Counted from the stretch's first letter, positions 1 through 10,511 are shown. The stretch: 64,000 nt of DNA from a bacterium (GCA_043811375.1 JBDRNJ010000021.1:33937-97936); one strand, 5' to 3'. A program made the numbers and translations. The notes: a model not told the origin generated them from the letters alone.

Positions 1-943
1 TGCGTACATCGGGTGGCAGCTCCTGCTGAAGTAGTACCAGAGCCCCTTTGACTCTACGAGCCAACTCTACCGTATTGGTCTCCGACTGCTTGATAATGTC
101 CAGTGACACCGCGGGACGCCCGTTGTAGCGGGAAAGCGAGCGCTGTTCCTTGGTCGTATCGGTGACAACAGCTACGTTTTTCAGATACACCGGGGAGCCT
201 TTTGGATTTTTTACTATAACGTCATTAAACTGCGATACTCTGTCGAGCCGGCCGGTCATGCGCACGACGTATTCCCGGCATCCTTCATCAACACGCCCGC
301 CCGGTATCTCCATGTTGGCGGAGGCCACGGCGCTTTGCACGTCCGGTACTGTAATCCCAAACGACTCCATCTTATCAGGGTCGAGGGCAACCGATATCTC
401 ACGTTCCTGCCCTCCGACCAGCGTGATGTTGCCCACTCCGGGAATCGATTCCAATCGTTTCTTAATGACGTTCTTGACGAGTTCGGTGATCTCTCTGGCT
501 GATCGCTCTCCGGAAACCGCAATAGAAAGAATCGGCCTAGCCATGGGATCAAACTGGCTGACGACCGGTTCTTCTACGTCATTGGGTAGGTTCGCCCGAA
601 TCCCGGATATCTTCTCGCGCACATCCTGGGTGGCTTCGATTCCTTTTCTTTCCAGTTCAAATTCGATAATGACCAGCGAGTACCCTTCCAGTGATCGCGA
701 AGTAATATGACGGATGCCTGAGACCTCGTTGACGGCATCCTCGATCTTCTTGGTCACTTCGCTTTCCATCGTCTCCGCCGAAGCGCCGGGATAAATGGTT
801 ACGACGGTGGCAATCGGGAAGTCAATTTCAGGAAAGAGATCGATAGGAAGCTGCGTGTAGGAGAACATCCCCAGGACCAGCAGAGCTCCGATCATCATGG
901 TGGCGAAGACCGGACGCTTTATTGATATTTCCGCCAGCTTCAT
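1..943 (-). CDS. RND efflux permease, AcrB/AcrD/AcrF family (5' part; runs off the window edge)
   Basis: Not in the ORF track. Hand translation from ATG at 943: MKLAEISIKRPVFATMMIGALLVLGMFSYTQLPIDLFPEIDFP...YPGASAETMESEVTKKIEDAV, a typical AcrB N-terminus. ATGA overlap with the upstream MFP stop. Confidence 0.95.
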   Translation of the reverse strand, partial: MKLAEISIKRPVFATMMIGALLVLGMFSYTQLPIDLFPEIDFPIATVVTIYPGASAETMESEVTKKIEDAVNEVSGIRHITSRSLEGYSLVIIEFELERKGIEATQDVREKISGIRANLPNDVEEPVVSQFDPMARPILSIAVSGERSAREITELVKNVIKKRLESIPGVGNITLVGGQEREISVALDPDKMESFGITVPDVQSAVASANMEIPGGRVDEGCREYVVRMTGRLDRVSQFNDVIVKNPKGSPVYLKNVAVVTDTTKEQRSLSRYNGRPAVSLDIIKQSETNTVELARRVKGALVLLQQELPPDVR

Positions 944-2010
944 TGTCCGCCGCTCAGATTGGCAATACTTACCCGGTCACCATCTTCCAGGTAATCCTGA
1001 CCGGTAATAATCAGCGTGTCACCGGGAGCCAGGCCCGAAGAGATCACCACCCGGCCATCAATATCCGTTCCCGGGACGACAGTTCGATGGTGAGCCGCGC
1101 CGCCGGAAACGACATAGACGATCTGCTGAGCCGTCTTTGACAGAACAGCGCCCCGGGGAACCACCATAATATCGGATAAACGTTGCAGCACCAGATCGAT
1201 CCTGACAAACATACCGGGGTGGAAAGCGCCGTCGGGATTGTCCAGGGCCGCTTCCACCTGAAATGAGCGAGTTGTTGGATCGGCCGAACGGGCCACCGCT
1301 ACGATGACGCCTGCGGTTTCCCTGTCAATCATTTCAGACGAGACCACGACGGAGTCGCCTTCATTGACCAGGCGCATGTCGGCAGTGTTGATATCAAACT
1401 TCACCCGCAACTTATCGACTGTGGCTACGGTGGCCAGTTCCTGACCGGGAGTGGGGAAGTCACCGCGGGACACTTTCAGGGATGTCACCACGCCGTCAAT
1501 GGGCGACTGTACTTCCACCAGTTTTTCAGCTGCCTCAAATCCAGCCCGGGCAACCTCGTACTCCGTCCGGGCAGCGTCGTTCTGTGACTCGCTGACGGCT
1601 CCTTCGGCAAAAAGATACTGCATCTTCTGCGAATTTTTCTCCGCATTGCGATACAACGAGAGAGCTTCCTGGTAGCGTGAACTGGGACCGGTCCGATCCA
1701 GCGAGATCATCACCTGGTCGGCACGAACCGATTGTCCCTCACGAACGTGGACGGATTCCACCGCCTCGGTGATCTTGGCGTATATAACCGCCTGCTTCTC
1801 GCCTTCCAGTGTCCCCGTATACGTTTTCACGATCGTTTCATCGGAAAGCATCACCACCATCGCCTCGACGGCCAGAGTTGGCCGTTCGGTGGCAACCTGC
1901 TCTTCGTTACCGGCGCATGACCAACAGCCGAATATCAGCACCAGCAATCCAAGACATATAATAGATCGTTTCATTCTATCCATTGCATTCCTATAGTCAA
2001 TTGAGATCAA
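940..2010 (-). CDS. RND efflux periplasmic adaptor (membrane fusion protein), probable lipoprotein
   Basis: Signal/Cys (WSCAG), barrel-sandwich motifs VHVREGQSVRADQ and VQSPIDGVV, FHPGMFVRI; lies between TolC and AcrB genes. Confidence 0.93.
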   Translation of the reverse strand: MISIDYRNAMDRMKRSIICLGLLVLIFGCWSCAGNEEQVATERPTLAVEAMVVMLSDETIVKTYTGTLEGEKQAVIYAKITEAVESVHVREGQSVRADQVMISLDRTGPSSRYQEALSLYRNAEKNSQKMQYLFAEGAVSESQNDAARTEYEVARAGFEAAEKLVEVQSPIDGVVTSLKVSRGDFPTPGQELATVATVDKLRVKFDINTADMRLVNEGDSVVVSSEMIDRETAGVIVAVARSADPTTRSFQVEAALDNPDGAFHPGMFVRIDLVLQRLSDIMVVPRGAVLSKTAQQIVYVVSGGAAHHRTVVPGTDIDGRVVISSGLAPGDTLIITGQDYLEDGDRVSIANLSGGQ

Positions 2011-3358
2011 AAGTAGTTGCCATCTTTAGCCGCGAACGAGCCTGACGGAAGAAGAAGAGCGCTTCAGACCGGATATCGCGAGCCTTCGTAAGCGCCGCCT
2101 GCGCCGAAAGAACCTCAAGCAGGGTTCCCACCCCGGTTTCATATCTCAGATCGGCGATGCGTAATCCTTCCTCGGCCTGCGCAATGGTCGTTGCCTGAAT
2201 ATCCAGTGCTTCTTTGGCCTGACGAAGTTGATCGAAGGCTTGCTGCACCTCCAGCCTGATGTCGTCGCGCAGTTGCGCCGACCTTAGCTCAGCCTGGTGG
2301 TATTCGGAAGAACGCTGCTTCACTTCGCCATGTGTGTAACCACCATTAAAAATGGGGATCGAAACTGTGACTCCGGCGGTCCAGGACTCACTGGTGTGGT
2401 CTTTAAGGGTGAAATCGTCCGAGGCTGACTGCCAACTGTAATTGGCCACGGCATCAAGGGAGGGGTAGTAACCGCCCCGGGCTACCCGGATAGCCTTGCG
2501 CCTGATTTCCGTCATCAGGTCGGCCTGCTGCAATTCCGGGCTGGTCGATAAAGCCGTGTCGAGTAGGTTCTCGAGCGCCGGTAGACCTGCCAGGGACGTG
2601 TCATCCTGTTGTTCGATCAGTGTGACCTCATCATTGAGATCAATACCGAGGAATGATTTCAGCCGCTTCTCGGACAGATACACTTCCGATTCCGCTCTGA
2701 CAATGGCCGGCAGCAGATTGGCCCGCTCGACTTCAGCCCGCAAGACTTCATACTCTGAAACCATCCCCTGCGAGTGCAACTTCCGGATCACCCCGGCGTT
2801 GTGGTCGGCAGCCTTAAACGCTTTCTGCAGCACCACCAGGCTGGATTTCCGGAGTACGGCCGAGTAAAAGAGTATCTCAGCGTCGTATACAACGGTTGTC
2901 CGGGTAGCTTCGGCCTGTTGCTGGGAGTATTGCCTGTAAAGTTTGGCTATCGACAGGGCCGTGAACACCTTTCCCCCCTGCCACAGTGGTTGCCGCAGGT
3001 TGATTGAGGCGCCGAAGCTGTTTTTGAACCCGGTCTTGAATTCCACCGTCTCATCCTCGGACTGAATGAAAAACGAAGGGATGATAAAATTCTGCGAGTA
3101 CGAACCGGTCGCGTCCAGCTTGGGAAAGGCTCCGGCGCGCGCCTTGATTATCTCGCTTTGTGCCCTGGTGATCTCTTCGCGAGCCGCCAGGTAGGTCCGG
3201 TTGGACTCCATTGTCCGCTGACGTACGTCATCGATCGTAAGCGGTATTGTCGAGCCGAAGATTTCCGGGGTCAGACCGACCAGGATGAGGACGGCAACAA
3301 GCAGGAGACGGACATGATTACGCCAGTCGGCTGGGTAACGGCGCTGCGATACTATCAT
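1997..3358 (-). CDS. TolC-family outer membrane efflux protein
   Basis: Two OEP repeats (ARAGAFPKLD / ARGGYYPSLD, LRQPLWQGG / VSIPIFNGG, RYETGVGTLLEVLSAQ). Confidence 0.93.
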   Translation of the reverse strand: MIVSQRRYPADWRNHVRLLLVAVLILVGLTPEIFGSTIPLTIDDVRQRTMESNRTYLAAREEITRAQSEIIKARAGAFPKLDATGSYSQNFIIPSFFIQSEDETVEFKTGFKNSFGASINLRQPLWQGGKVFTALSIAKLYRQYSQQQAEATRTTVVYDAEILFYSAVLRKSSLVVLQKAFKAADHNAGVIRKLHSQGMVSEYEVLRAEVERANLLPAIVRAESEVYLSEKRLKSFLGIDLNDEVTLIEQQDDTSLAGLPALENLLDTALSTSPELQQADLMTEIRRKAIRVARGGYYPSLDAVANYSWQSASDDFTLKDHTSESWTAGVTVSIPIFNGGYTHGEVKQRSSEYHQAELRSAQLRDDIRLEVQQAFDQLRQAKEALDIQATTIAQAEEGLRIADLRYETGVGTLLEVLSAQAALTKARDIRSEALFFFRQARSRLKMATTFDLN

Positions 3359-3360
3359 GA

Positions 3361-3981
3361 TCAGCGGCTACTCCGGCGTCCGGCAGTCAGTTTACCTGAA
3401 CGGGGCTGCTGTAACAATGAACTGAAGAGACGTACCTGGCGGTCAACATCCACGAGTTTGGGGCTCATATACTTGCGCAACGCCAGGCCGTCGTATAATG
3501 AAAAGATCAGTACCGCCAACTGGCGTCGTTGTTGCAGGGTTCGGCCAAAAGACGGATCAAGTCGAGCCGCCACCACGTCAATGGCCTTGCGAAAAACTTT
3601 GTTGATGTGCGCCCGGATACGCGGCAACTTGAGCACTTCGGCTTGCAAATCGAGACTGTGCCGCGTACGGGGCATATTGCGACATAGGTCGATATTTCTC
3701 AATAAGTTCAAAACGTATCCGGGGCTGAGGTCTCGATCAGTTTCAGACTCGAAAGCGGTGGAGAACTGATCAGCCATTCGCTGCAGTAACCGGCAGAGTA
3801 TCTCCTCTTTGCTGCGGAAGTGGTAGTAGAACGCGCCTTTGGTCAGCCCGGCTCGCCGAGCAATGGACTCAATAGAGGTTGCCCGGTAACCGTTACGAAT
3901 AAACAGTGTCTGAGCGGCACCGAGAAGCTGGTTCCGGCGTGTTTCCGCCGGTAGTTTGGGACTTTGTTTAATGCCCGGCAT
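3361..3981 (-). CDS. TetR/AcrR family transcriptional regulator
   Basis: HTH motif GYRATSIESIARRAGLTKGAFYYHFRSKEEIL; first gene of the efflux operon. Confidence 0.95.
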   Translation of the reverse strand: MPGIKQSPKLPAETRRNQLLGAAQTLFIRNGYRATSIESIARRAGLTKGAFYYHFRSKEEILCRLLQRMADQFSTAFESETDRDLSPGYVLNLLRNIDLCRNMPRTRHSLDLQAEVLKLPRIRAHINKVFRKAIDVVAARLDPSFGRTLQQRRQLAVLIFSLYDGLALRKYMSPKLVDVDRQVRLFSSLLQQPRSGKLTAGRRSSR

Positions 3982-4015
3982 ATTTTTTATCGTCTGTTTA
4001 TCGTCATTACATACC

Positions 4016-4054
4016 TACCGACTGGTATCTACCACATTATCCGGATTTTGTCAA
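4016..4054 (-). promoter_or_regulatory. Putative promoter (-35 TTGACA at 4054-4049) with TetR-type operator palindrome TACC-gact-GGTA (4016-4027)
   Basis: Palindrome just upstream of the TetR gene, overlapping a weak -10 region (TAGATA at 17-nt spacing). Confidence 0.5.
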
Positions 4055-4075
4055 GAAATGTTTCGGGGCTGAGGG

Positions 4076-5044
4076 TTACAGCCACTTCTTTTTGCGGAAA
4101 TAGGCCACCAGGGACAGCACGATTGTCAGCATAATCACCAGGGCAAAAACGTACCCGTATTTCCAGTCCAGTTCCGGCATGAAGTCGAAATTCATCCCCC
4201 ACAACCCCACCAGAAAAGTGGGCGGGATAAACAGAACCGTAAAGATCGTCAGTACTTTTATGATCTCGTTGGTTTTTGTCGACACTGACGAATAATACAC
4301 TTCCAGGGAGGAATTGAGAATCTGCCGGTGAACCTCGGCTATATCACTGATACGCACCAGGTGGTCATGAATATCGGAGAAGTAGACCGCCGCCTTACTG
4401 GTGATGAGCTTGAACTTGTCCCGGGAGAAGTGGCTGAGCACTTCCATCTGCGGTATGACGATCCGCTTGAGATGGACGATATCCCGGCGCAGGGTGAAGA
4501 TCGACCTCAGCGTTTCTTCGTCGGGACCGCTGAGAACGTCGTCTTCAACCTGGTCGACTTCGTACTCGAGGATATCGAGAGTGGCGTTGTAATTGTCGAC
4601 GGTAGCGTCAATCAGGGCGTGAAACAGGAAGTCGGCCCCGCGTGACAGCAGCCGTTCGTCACGTTGGGCGCGATGGTAAAGGTAGTCGAAGATACGGTGA
4701 TCATCGTAGTGAACCGTTACAACTGAATTTTTACTCAGGAACATATCGATTTCGCTGATCTTCAGGCCCTCTTCGCGGCCGACGTAATCGACGATCTGGA
4801 AAACCAGAAAGAGGTAGCGGTCGTAATCATCGATTTTGGTGTGCGGTTTTTCGGCGATGACGTCTTCGATTGCCAGCGGGTGAAAGGAGAAGTCATGAGT
4901 CAGCACAAACGATTCCTCGTCGGTCGGCTTGCACATATCGACCCACAGCACGCAGTTTTCCTGACTGGTCAGGCGGTTGAAATCGGCGATGCCGTCGATG
5001 ATCTTGACACCGTCGCCCGGGAGGTAGAGAAACGACTTGATCAT
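4076..5044 (-). CDS. corA: Magnesium/cobalt transporter CorA
   Basis: FHPLAIED, two C-terminal TM helices, signature GMNF and MPELDWKYGY. Confidence 0.95.
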   Translation of the reverse strand: MIKSFLYLPGDGVKIIDGIADFNRLTSQENCVLWVDMCKPTDEESFVLTHDFSFHPLAIEDVIAEKPHTKIDDYDRYLFLVFQIVDYVGREEGLKISEIDMFLSKNSVVTVHYDDHRIFDYLYHRAQRDERLLSRGADFLFHALIDATVDNYNATLDILEYEVDQVEDDVLSGPDEETLRSIFTLRRDIVHLKRIVIPQMEVLSHFSRDKFKLITSKAAVYFSDIHDHLVRISDIAEVHRQILNSSLEVYYSSVSTKTNEIIKVLTIFTVLFIPPTFLVGLWGMNFDFMPELDWKYGYVFALVIMLTIVLSLVAYFRKKKWL

Positions 5045-6084
5045 ACTTTCTCCTCCTCTGAGGTTATCAGGGCGCCGTTCTCAGACACGCGGTCGAGGAC
5101 AAACTCGTCTTCATGTTGCGATTTGATCTCCTTCAGCGAGACCTTCTCAAAACGCAGGAAACTGAAACCCATCAGGTAGACGGGCAACAGGTCCAGCATG
5201 TGTAGGGCCAGGGCAAACAGAACGGCATCGGACCGGCCGACCGAGAAAGCGATAAGGGTGGTGCTCACCGCCACCTCAAAGGTGCCGGCGTTGCCCGGTG
5301 TGATGGGAATCATGACCGCCAGGGTGTTGATGATCATAACGGCCGCCGCCGAAGCCAGCGGTAGTTGAAAGCCGAACGACAGGAACAGGAAGTAGATAAC
5401 CAGCATGTGGAAGACCCAGGACAACAAAGAAAACAGTAATGAGCCCAGCAGATGATGGCTGGAACGCAGAAGCTCGATTCCCTTGGTGAATGAACGGATG
5501 AATTTCTTGACGCCGATATAGATTCCGGGCCATCGATGGCGCAGGTGCCGGCGGCCGAACTCTTCCAGTCGCGTCTGGAAATGCAGGGTCAGGTACAGTA
5601 GTGCCAGCAGGGTAATGGTAATCACTGAGAGGACTATGCTGAGGGTACGGTATTCCTCAGGAAAAACGAAAGCCAGGGATGTCAATAACAGGAAAACGAC
5701 CAGGGTGATGGCGTCAAAGAGAACCTCCAGTACCATGGTCGAAAAGACAAAGCTCTTTTTGAGGCCTTCTCTCCGGGCAAACAGGAACATGCGCCCGACC
5801 TGGCCGGTAAGAGCAGGCATGATGATATTGAGAATCTGACCGGCGGAGAACAGGCAGACGGCACGGCTGTAGCCTATTTCCTTCTGCTGAATAACCATCA
5901 GCCGCCAGCGCAGGCCACGAAAGATAACAAAAAGAAATGAGCAGACCACCGAGAAGATAAAGTACAAATACTCGATACGTCCGAGAAGAGACTCTATCTC
6001 ACTGATTCTGATATCCTTGAGACAGTATCCCAGCAGGGCTACCGCAATAAGAACCCCCCAGAACTGTTTTTTCTTCCAGAACAT
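5041..6084 (-). CDS. Lysylphosphatidylglycerol synthase TM / UPF0104 flippase-like membrane protein
   Basis: Polytopic; RGLRWRL, N.IMPA..GQVGR and IPITPGNAGTFE motifs of this family. Confidence 0.85.
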   Translation of the reverse strand: MFWKKKQFWGVLIAVALLGYCLKDIRISEIESLLGRIEYLYFIFSVVCSFLFVIFRGLRWRLMVIQQKEIGYSRAVCLFSAGQILNIIMPALTGQVGRMFLFARREGLKKSFVFSTMVLEVLFDAITLVVFLLLTSLAFVFPEEYRTLSIVLSVITITLLALLYLTLHFQTRLEEFGRRHLRHRWPGIYIGVKKFIRSFTKGIELLRSSHHLLGSLLFSLLSWVFHMLVIYFLFLSFGFQLPLASAAAVMIINTLAVMIPITPGNAGTFEVAVSTTLIAFSVGRSDAVLFALALHMLDLLPVYLMGFSFLRFEKVSLKEIKSQHEDEFVLDRVSENGALITSEEEKV

Positions 6085-6123
6085 ATTTTTACAGCCTTAA
6101 TTCGTGCCGGTGTATCAGGCGGC

Positions 6124-6152
6124 AAGATAGAAACTGCCTGCCGAAGTGTCAA
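6124..6152 (-). promoter_or_regulatory. Sigma70-type promoter for the flippase-like gene and corA
   Basis: TTGACA (6152-6147), 17 nt, TATCTT (6129-6124). Confidence 0.6.
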
Positions 6153-6184
6153 TTAAATAAACGGGAGGCGATGACTGTAAGTCG

Positions 6185-6952
6185 TTAGATTTCAGCAACT
6201 AACTGCTTGTCGACCCAACCACGTCGCTTGTTTTCAAACAGGACGTTATAGTAATCGTCGGTTTCCGAGAGAATCTCAAAGACCACTCCGGGAGCTCCCT
6301 GCAGTTCGATGTCGGACTGATCCGACGGGCCGGTAAATACGGGAGCTTCTTCGGCAATGATTACACCCCGCTGGGTAAGGTAATCATGACGGTACTTGAA
6401 TGTAGTTAAGCTCACCGACACCACCAGTACTATCAGGATGCCGGTGATAGCTGCTCGCAGGCCGGTACCCACTATCCCCAGCCCCAGGCGAAGGATGAGC
6501 GATATGATTAACACCGCAAAGATGGCGGAAGAAAGCCAGGCCAGTGTATCCAGGCGGTAAGGATCGACCAGCGAAACCATGAAGCTGTTAATGGGGTTGA
6601 GCTGGACACCCTCCATCTGAACGCGAGAGAACTGGCGGGCGAAACGGAGGTTGCTCAGAATATCTTCGTCAGACGGATTCAGCCGTCGGGCTTTAAGATA
6701 GTACAGGACTGCATGTCCGAGGTCACCGTGCTTAAAATAGGCGTTGCCCAGGTTGTAATAGAGAGCCGCCGATTCCACTTTTGCCCTGACAATCCCGGTA
6801 TAGGTCTCAATTGCAGCCTCGTACTCCTTCTGTTCATACAGGCTGTTGGCAAGTGCGAATTCATCACTGACCGTCGCTGCCGAACCAACTGACCCGATTG
6901 ACAATACTGCCATCAGCAGAACGGTCGCACCTTTGCCTGTGAACCTAACCAA
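6185..6952 (-). CDS. batE: BatE-like protein (TPR + TM helices + SH3b)
   Basis: Signal peptide, TPR (LYYNLGNAYFK), two TMs, C-terminal SH3-like (RRGWV); last gene of the bat operon. Confidence 0.85.
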   Translation of the reverse strand: MVRFTGKGATVLLMAVLSIGSVGSAATVSDEFALANSLYEQKEYEAAIETYTGIVRAKVESAALYYNLGNAYFKHGDLGHAVLYYLKARRLNPSDEDILSNLRFARQFSRVQMEGVQLNPINSFMVSLVDPYRLDTLAWLSSAIFAVLIISLILRLGLGIVGTGLRAAITGILIVLVVSVSLTTFKYRHDYLTQRGVIIAEEAPVFTGPSDQSDIELQGAPGVVFEILSETDDYYNVLFENKRRGWVDKQLVAEI

Positions 6953-8762
6953 GTTTCATTTCCTCGATGCTGATCATGATCTGTTCAGCTTGTGACAGAT
7001 CCTGGTCGATAGCCATCTGCGAACTGGCCGATGGTGCAAAACGGGCATAGTCACACCTGGCCATAAGATCAGTCACGTTTGCCGCCAAAGTCTGATCGGC
7101 CGTTCCGGTATGCAGCAATTCGGCTATACGTTCGGTCGTCAGTCCGTGTGGGGAGAGGTTGAACTTGTCGGCCACATATGAAGATAAAGCGGAGTGGATC
7201 TCGGCGTAAAACTCTCCGGTTCGGTCTGTAATAGCCATTGACCGAGCCCGGGCCAGCCTCTTGCGAGCCAGCTTGCCAGCCTGGCGGGATCGGGCGTAAC
7301 CGATGTCTTTGGTCAGTTTTTCCCGGTGGCGACGGATCAGAACCAGTGCCGCCAACGCCAGCACCGGCAGGCCGTTGACAAGGATGTACAGGGGAGTAAG
7401 AATAAGTAATTGGCCGACCGGCGCCGTCGAGCCAATTTTCTCTTTTATGAAGCGAATGTCACGAGCCTGACTGCCGATAGTGATATCCGGCCCGCCGTAA
7501 GGGACTTCCGGTGATGCTACGTACCCCTCCGGCTTGATGACGGTTAGCGGCATGGCCTGGGTCGTCAGCGTCCGATAGCGATGATGCTCATGGTCAAAGA
7601 AGTTGAAGCTCAGTGCGGGAATCTCCAGCCGACCCGGGCGGCGGGGAATGAACACCTCTTCAAACACTTTAGTGCCGCCCAGGCGGTCATTGAGTTTGTT
7701 GATGTTCTCACTGCTGGAGGCGCGGTAGATGCGGAAATCATCCATCTCCGGGATGGGTGGTTCGGCCACTGATTTGATGTTGCCGGTGCCGCTTATCTTG
7801 ATAGTCACCGTGACGGGCTGGTTGACTTCCACCTGGTTCTTGTTGATCGTGGCGTTGATACGGAAGCTGCCGATAGTGCCGGTGAAATCGTCCGATCGGC
7901 CTTGACGGGGCAGAGGTTTGACGTTGATCGTCAGCGGTCGGCTGCCGGCTGATACCACCTCGCTGGTGCCGAAGATGTTGCCGAAGATATTAAACGGGTC
8001 GCGGACCCGTTTACTGCGTGTAGCCACAGCAAAACGGATAGTCGCCCGGCCGATGGTCAACTCGCCGGTCTGGGTCGGAAACAGGGCGTATTTGCGTTCG
8101 ATAACCCTGTAGGTGCGGTCGTTGATCTTTTGCTGGTATGGTGCCTTGTTGCCCAGGACCTCCGTCCAGAAGCCGGTGGTGGCAGGTTCACTAAGTTCCG
8201 GGCTGCCGTGGTACTGCACCGCCGTGCAGAACTTAAGCGTCAGTGTCACTTGCGAATTGACATAGGGTTCATCATCGTCGACTTCGGCCTGGAAGAAGTA
8301 GTCCCGGCTTTTGCCGTCGCGGTCTACCGCTTTTTCTTCCAGGTGGGGAGTCGCCGACTGACCCTGGTCGAGTACGGTCAACTCCAATCGTTTGCCTTTG
8401 TACCGCTGGTTATTGTACACCACCGCGATCTGGTCAATGGGGAACGTCCCCGGCTTTTTGGGCAGCAGCATGTAGCGATAAGTTACCGAGGAACTGACGT
8501 TATTGTTGACGATGCTGATGCTGCTGGAACTACCCTGCGAGTAGACTTCAAACATCGGTAGTGTCGGCATCTGAGGTGCCGGCAGGTTCTGGGAAGCGCC
8601 GGAGACAACAATCTCCAGGACAGCCTGCTCATCCAGCCCGATGGAATCCCGATTTAGAGAAACCTCCACCGTCAGTTCATCCGCTGCTTGTCCCGCCGCC
8701 GGTATTATTGCGATAAGAAAAGCCAGGGCTATGAAGGTTGATGAGAATCGAGACAACTGCAT
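6945..8762 (-). CDS. batD: BatD family protein
   Basis: Repeated Ig-like BatD units (LLPKKPGTFPI, LFPTQTGELTI, ISGTGNIK, FIPRRPGRLEIP), TM, C-terminal CDYARFAP. Confidence 0.88.
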   Translation of the reverse strand: MQLSRFSSTFIALAFLIAIIPAAGQAADELTVEVSLNRDSIGLDEQAVLEIVVSGASQNLPAPQMPTLPMFEVYSQGSSSSISIVNNNVSSSVTYRYMLLPKKPGTFPIDQIAVVYNNQRYKGKRLELTVLDQGQSATPHLEEKAVDRDGKSRDYFFQAEVDDDEPYVNSQVTLTLKFCTAVQYHGSPELSEPATTGFWTEVLGNKAPYQQKINDRTYRVIERKYALFPTQTGELTIGRATIRFAVATRSKRVRDPFNIFGNIFGTSEVVSAGSRPLTINVKPLPRQGRSDDFTGTIGSFRINATINKNQVEVNQPVTVTIKISGTGNIKSVAEPPIPEMDDFRIYRASSSENINKLNDRLGGTKVFEEVFIPRRPGRLEIPALSFNFFDHEHHRYRTLTTQAMPLTVIKPEGYVASPEVPYGGPDITIGSQARDIRFIKEKIGSTAPVGQLLILTPLYILVNGLPVLALAALVLIRRHREKLTKDIGYARSRQAGKLARKRLARARSMAITDRTGEFYAEIHSALSSYVADKFNLSPHGLTTERIAELLHTGTADQTLAANVTDLMARCDYARFAPSASSQMAIDQDLSQAEQIMISIEEMKLG

Positions 8763-8773
8763 ATAAAGATTCT

Positions 8774-9505
8774 TTACCAGTCGTGACCGGTATAACCACC
8801 TGTTTTGGACTGTCTTTTTATCTTTTTCTGGATATCGCCCTCATCATCCCGCAGAGCATTTAGTATCCGCTCGGCATCTTCGGGCGACATCTCTTTCTCT
8901 TCTTCTTGTTGCTGAGCCTGCTGCTGTTGTTGTTGTTGTTCTTCTTGCTGCTGTTGTTCCTGTTGCTGTTGTTGTTCCTGCTGCTGCTGTTCCTGCTGCT
9001 GTTGTTCTTCTTGCTGCTGTTGTTCCTGTTGTTGCTGCTCCTGCTCCTGTTGTTGAGGCTGCATCTGGTCCTTGAGCATCTTGCGCGCCAGTTCCAGGTT
9101 ATATTTGGCGTCCATGTCCTCGGGGCAGAGGTTCAGCGCACTTTCATAACTCTTGATGGCGTTCTCGAAATCCTGCATCCTGAAATAGGTGTTACCGAGA
9201 TTGTAATAGGCGTCGGATTCCAGATTGATATCGGTGGTGTTCAGTGAGCGAGTGTAGTTATCAACGGCTTCCTCATACCCGCCCTGTTGGTGGTGGGCGC
9301 CGGCCATATTGTAATTCAGTTCCGGTGATTCCGGCAGGTCGACCTCGGCACTGTGATAGAATTCCAATGCTTCATTGTACTTGCCATTGGCGAAAGCGTC
9401 ATTGCCTTTTCTGACCAGGTCGATATGATCGTCACCCTGGGCAGTTGCTGCTGTCAGCAGCAGTACCATCAAAAGAAGCGTCTTACTTCTCACTTTCAGT
9501 TTCAC
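8774..9505 (-). CDS. batC: BatC-like TPR protein with Gln/Glu-rich linker
   Basis: TPRs (AYYNLGNTYFR, AKYNLELA), poly-Q/E linker, C-terminal AERILNAL...DW. Start moved from the track's 9595 to GTG 9505 (9493 also possible) so that a signal peptide begins the protein. Confidence 0.85.
   Translation of the reverse strand: MKLKVRSKTLLLMVLLLTAATAQGDDHIDLVRKGNDAFANGKYNEALEFYHSAEVDLPESPELNYNMAGAHHQQGGYEEAVDNYTRSLNTTDINLESDAYYNLGNTYFRMQDFENAIKSYESALNLCPEDMDAKYNLELARKMLKDQMQPQQQEQEQQQQEQQQQEEQQQQEQQQQEQQQQQEQQQQEEQQQQQQQAQQQEEEKEMSPEDAERILNALRDDEGDIQKKIKRQSKTGGYTGHDW
8906..9062 (-). repeat. Imperfect CAG/CAA/GAA trinucleotide repeat encoding the BatC poly-Gln/Glu linker
   Basis: Visible (ctg/ttg/ttc)n run on the + strand; about 50 codons of Q/E. 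Confidence 0.9.
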
Positions 9506-10511
9506 TCCGTCGTTTTTTTCTCCTCTCGGAAAGAAAGAACTCACCGACAAACAGGAGCATAGCTGCCAGCAGCGGCCATTGAAAACGATCATCATAGCGC
9601 GTCACCAGCGTGCCCTCAAGTTCTTTCTTTTCCATAGCAGAGATTTCGTCAAAAATCCGATCCAGTTCAATCTCGCCGGCGGTGGCGTTGTAGTACTTGC
9701 CGCCGGTGGCCAGCGATATCTTCTGCAGCGTAACATCGTCCAGCCGGGTGACTATTACTTCGCCCGCCTCATCCTTCTTGAAACCTACCTGATTACCTTT
9801 ACGGTCCAGAACCGGAATAGGTTCACCCTGGGGACTGCCTATGCCCACGGTGTAAATTTTGATGCCCTGCCGGCGGGCCTCTTCGCCAGCTTCCAGTGCG
9901 CCGCCTTCATGGTCTTCGCCGTCCGTCAGAAGCAGCAGGACTTTATGTTTCTTTTCCCTCTGGTCGAAGGCCCGGGAGGACATTTCAATGGCCGTCGCCA
10001 GCGCCGTGCCCTGGGTGCTGACGGAGGTGTTGTCCATTGCTCCCAGCAGGAATCGAGCGGCCGAGTAATCCAGAGTCAGCGGACACTGGATAAAGGCTTC
10101 CCCGGCAAACGCCACCAGGCCGATGCGATCTCCCCGCAGACGATCTATGATACTGCGTATCTCCAGTATGGCTTTTTCCAGACGATTGGGCTTCATGTCG
10201 CGAGCCAGCATGGAGTTGGAAACATCCAGCGCTATAACGATATCAATGCCCTCACGTTTCAGCAGTTCCATGTGAGTGCCAAATTGCAGCCGGGCCAGAG
10301 CCACCGTAACCAGAGCCAGACCGATCAACAACAGTGCCATTTTTGTCTTCAGCCGGGCGAACGAAATGTACGGGGCGTTTTTCATTATCAGCGGCAGGTC
10401 GCCAAAAAGATTCATCAGCTTCCTTTTGCGCCGCAGCGCCGCCAGCACAAAGAGTCCCAGGAGAACAACACCCACCAGGATCAGGAAATTCATCGGTTCG
10501 GCGAAACGCAT
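9483..10511 (-). CDS. batB: BatB, VWA domain protein
   Basis: MIDAS DVSNSM, LLLTDGEDH, N- and C-terminal TMs. Confidence 0.9.
   Translation of the reverse strand: MRFAEPMNFLILVGVVLLGLFVLAALRRKRKLMNLFGDLPLIMKNAPYISFARLKTKMALLLIGLALVTVALARLQFGTHMELLKREGIDIVIALDVSNSMLARDMKPNRLEKAILEIRSIIDRLRGDRIGLVAFAGEAFIQCPLTLDYSAARFLLGAMDNTSVSTQGTALATAIEMSSRAFDQREKKHKVLLLLTDGEDHEGGALEAGEEARRQGIKIYTVGIGSPQGEPIPVLDRKGNQVGFKKDEAGEVIVTRLDDVTLQKISLATGGKYYNATAGEIELDRIFDEISAMEKKELEGTLVTRYDDRFQWPLLAAMLLFVGEFFLSERRKKRRSETESEK

Noticed and set aside
150..710. + strand 186-aa ORF
   Set aside because: Antisense shadow of the AcrB-family gene on the minus strand, which the track missed because it runs off the window.
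8906..9247. + strand poly-Leu ORF that looks like a membrane peptide
   Set aside because: Reverse complement of the BatC poly-Gln/Glu linker; Q-rich linkers are normal in BatC.
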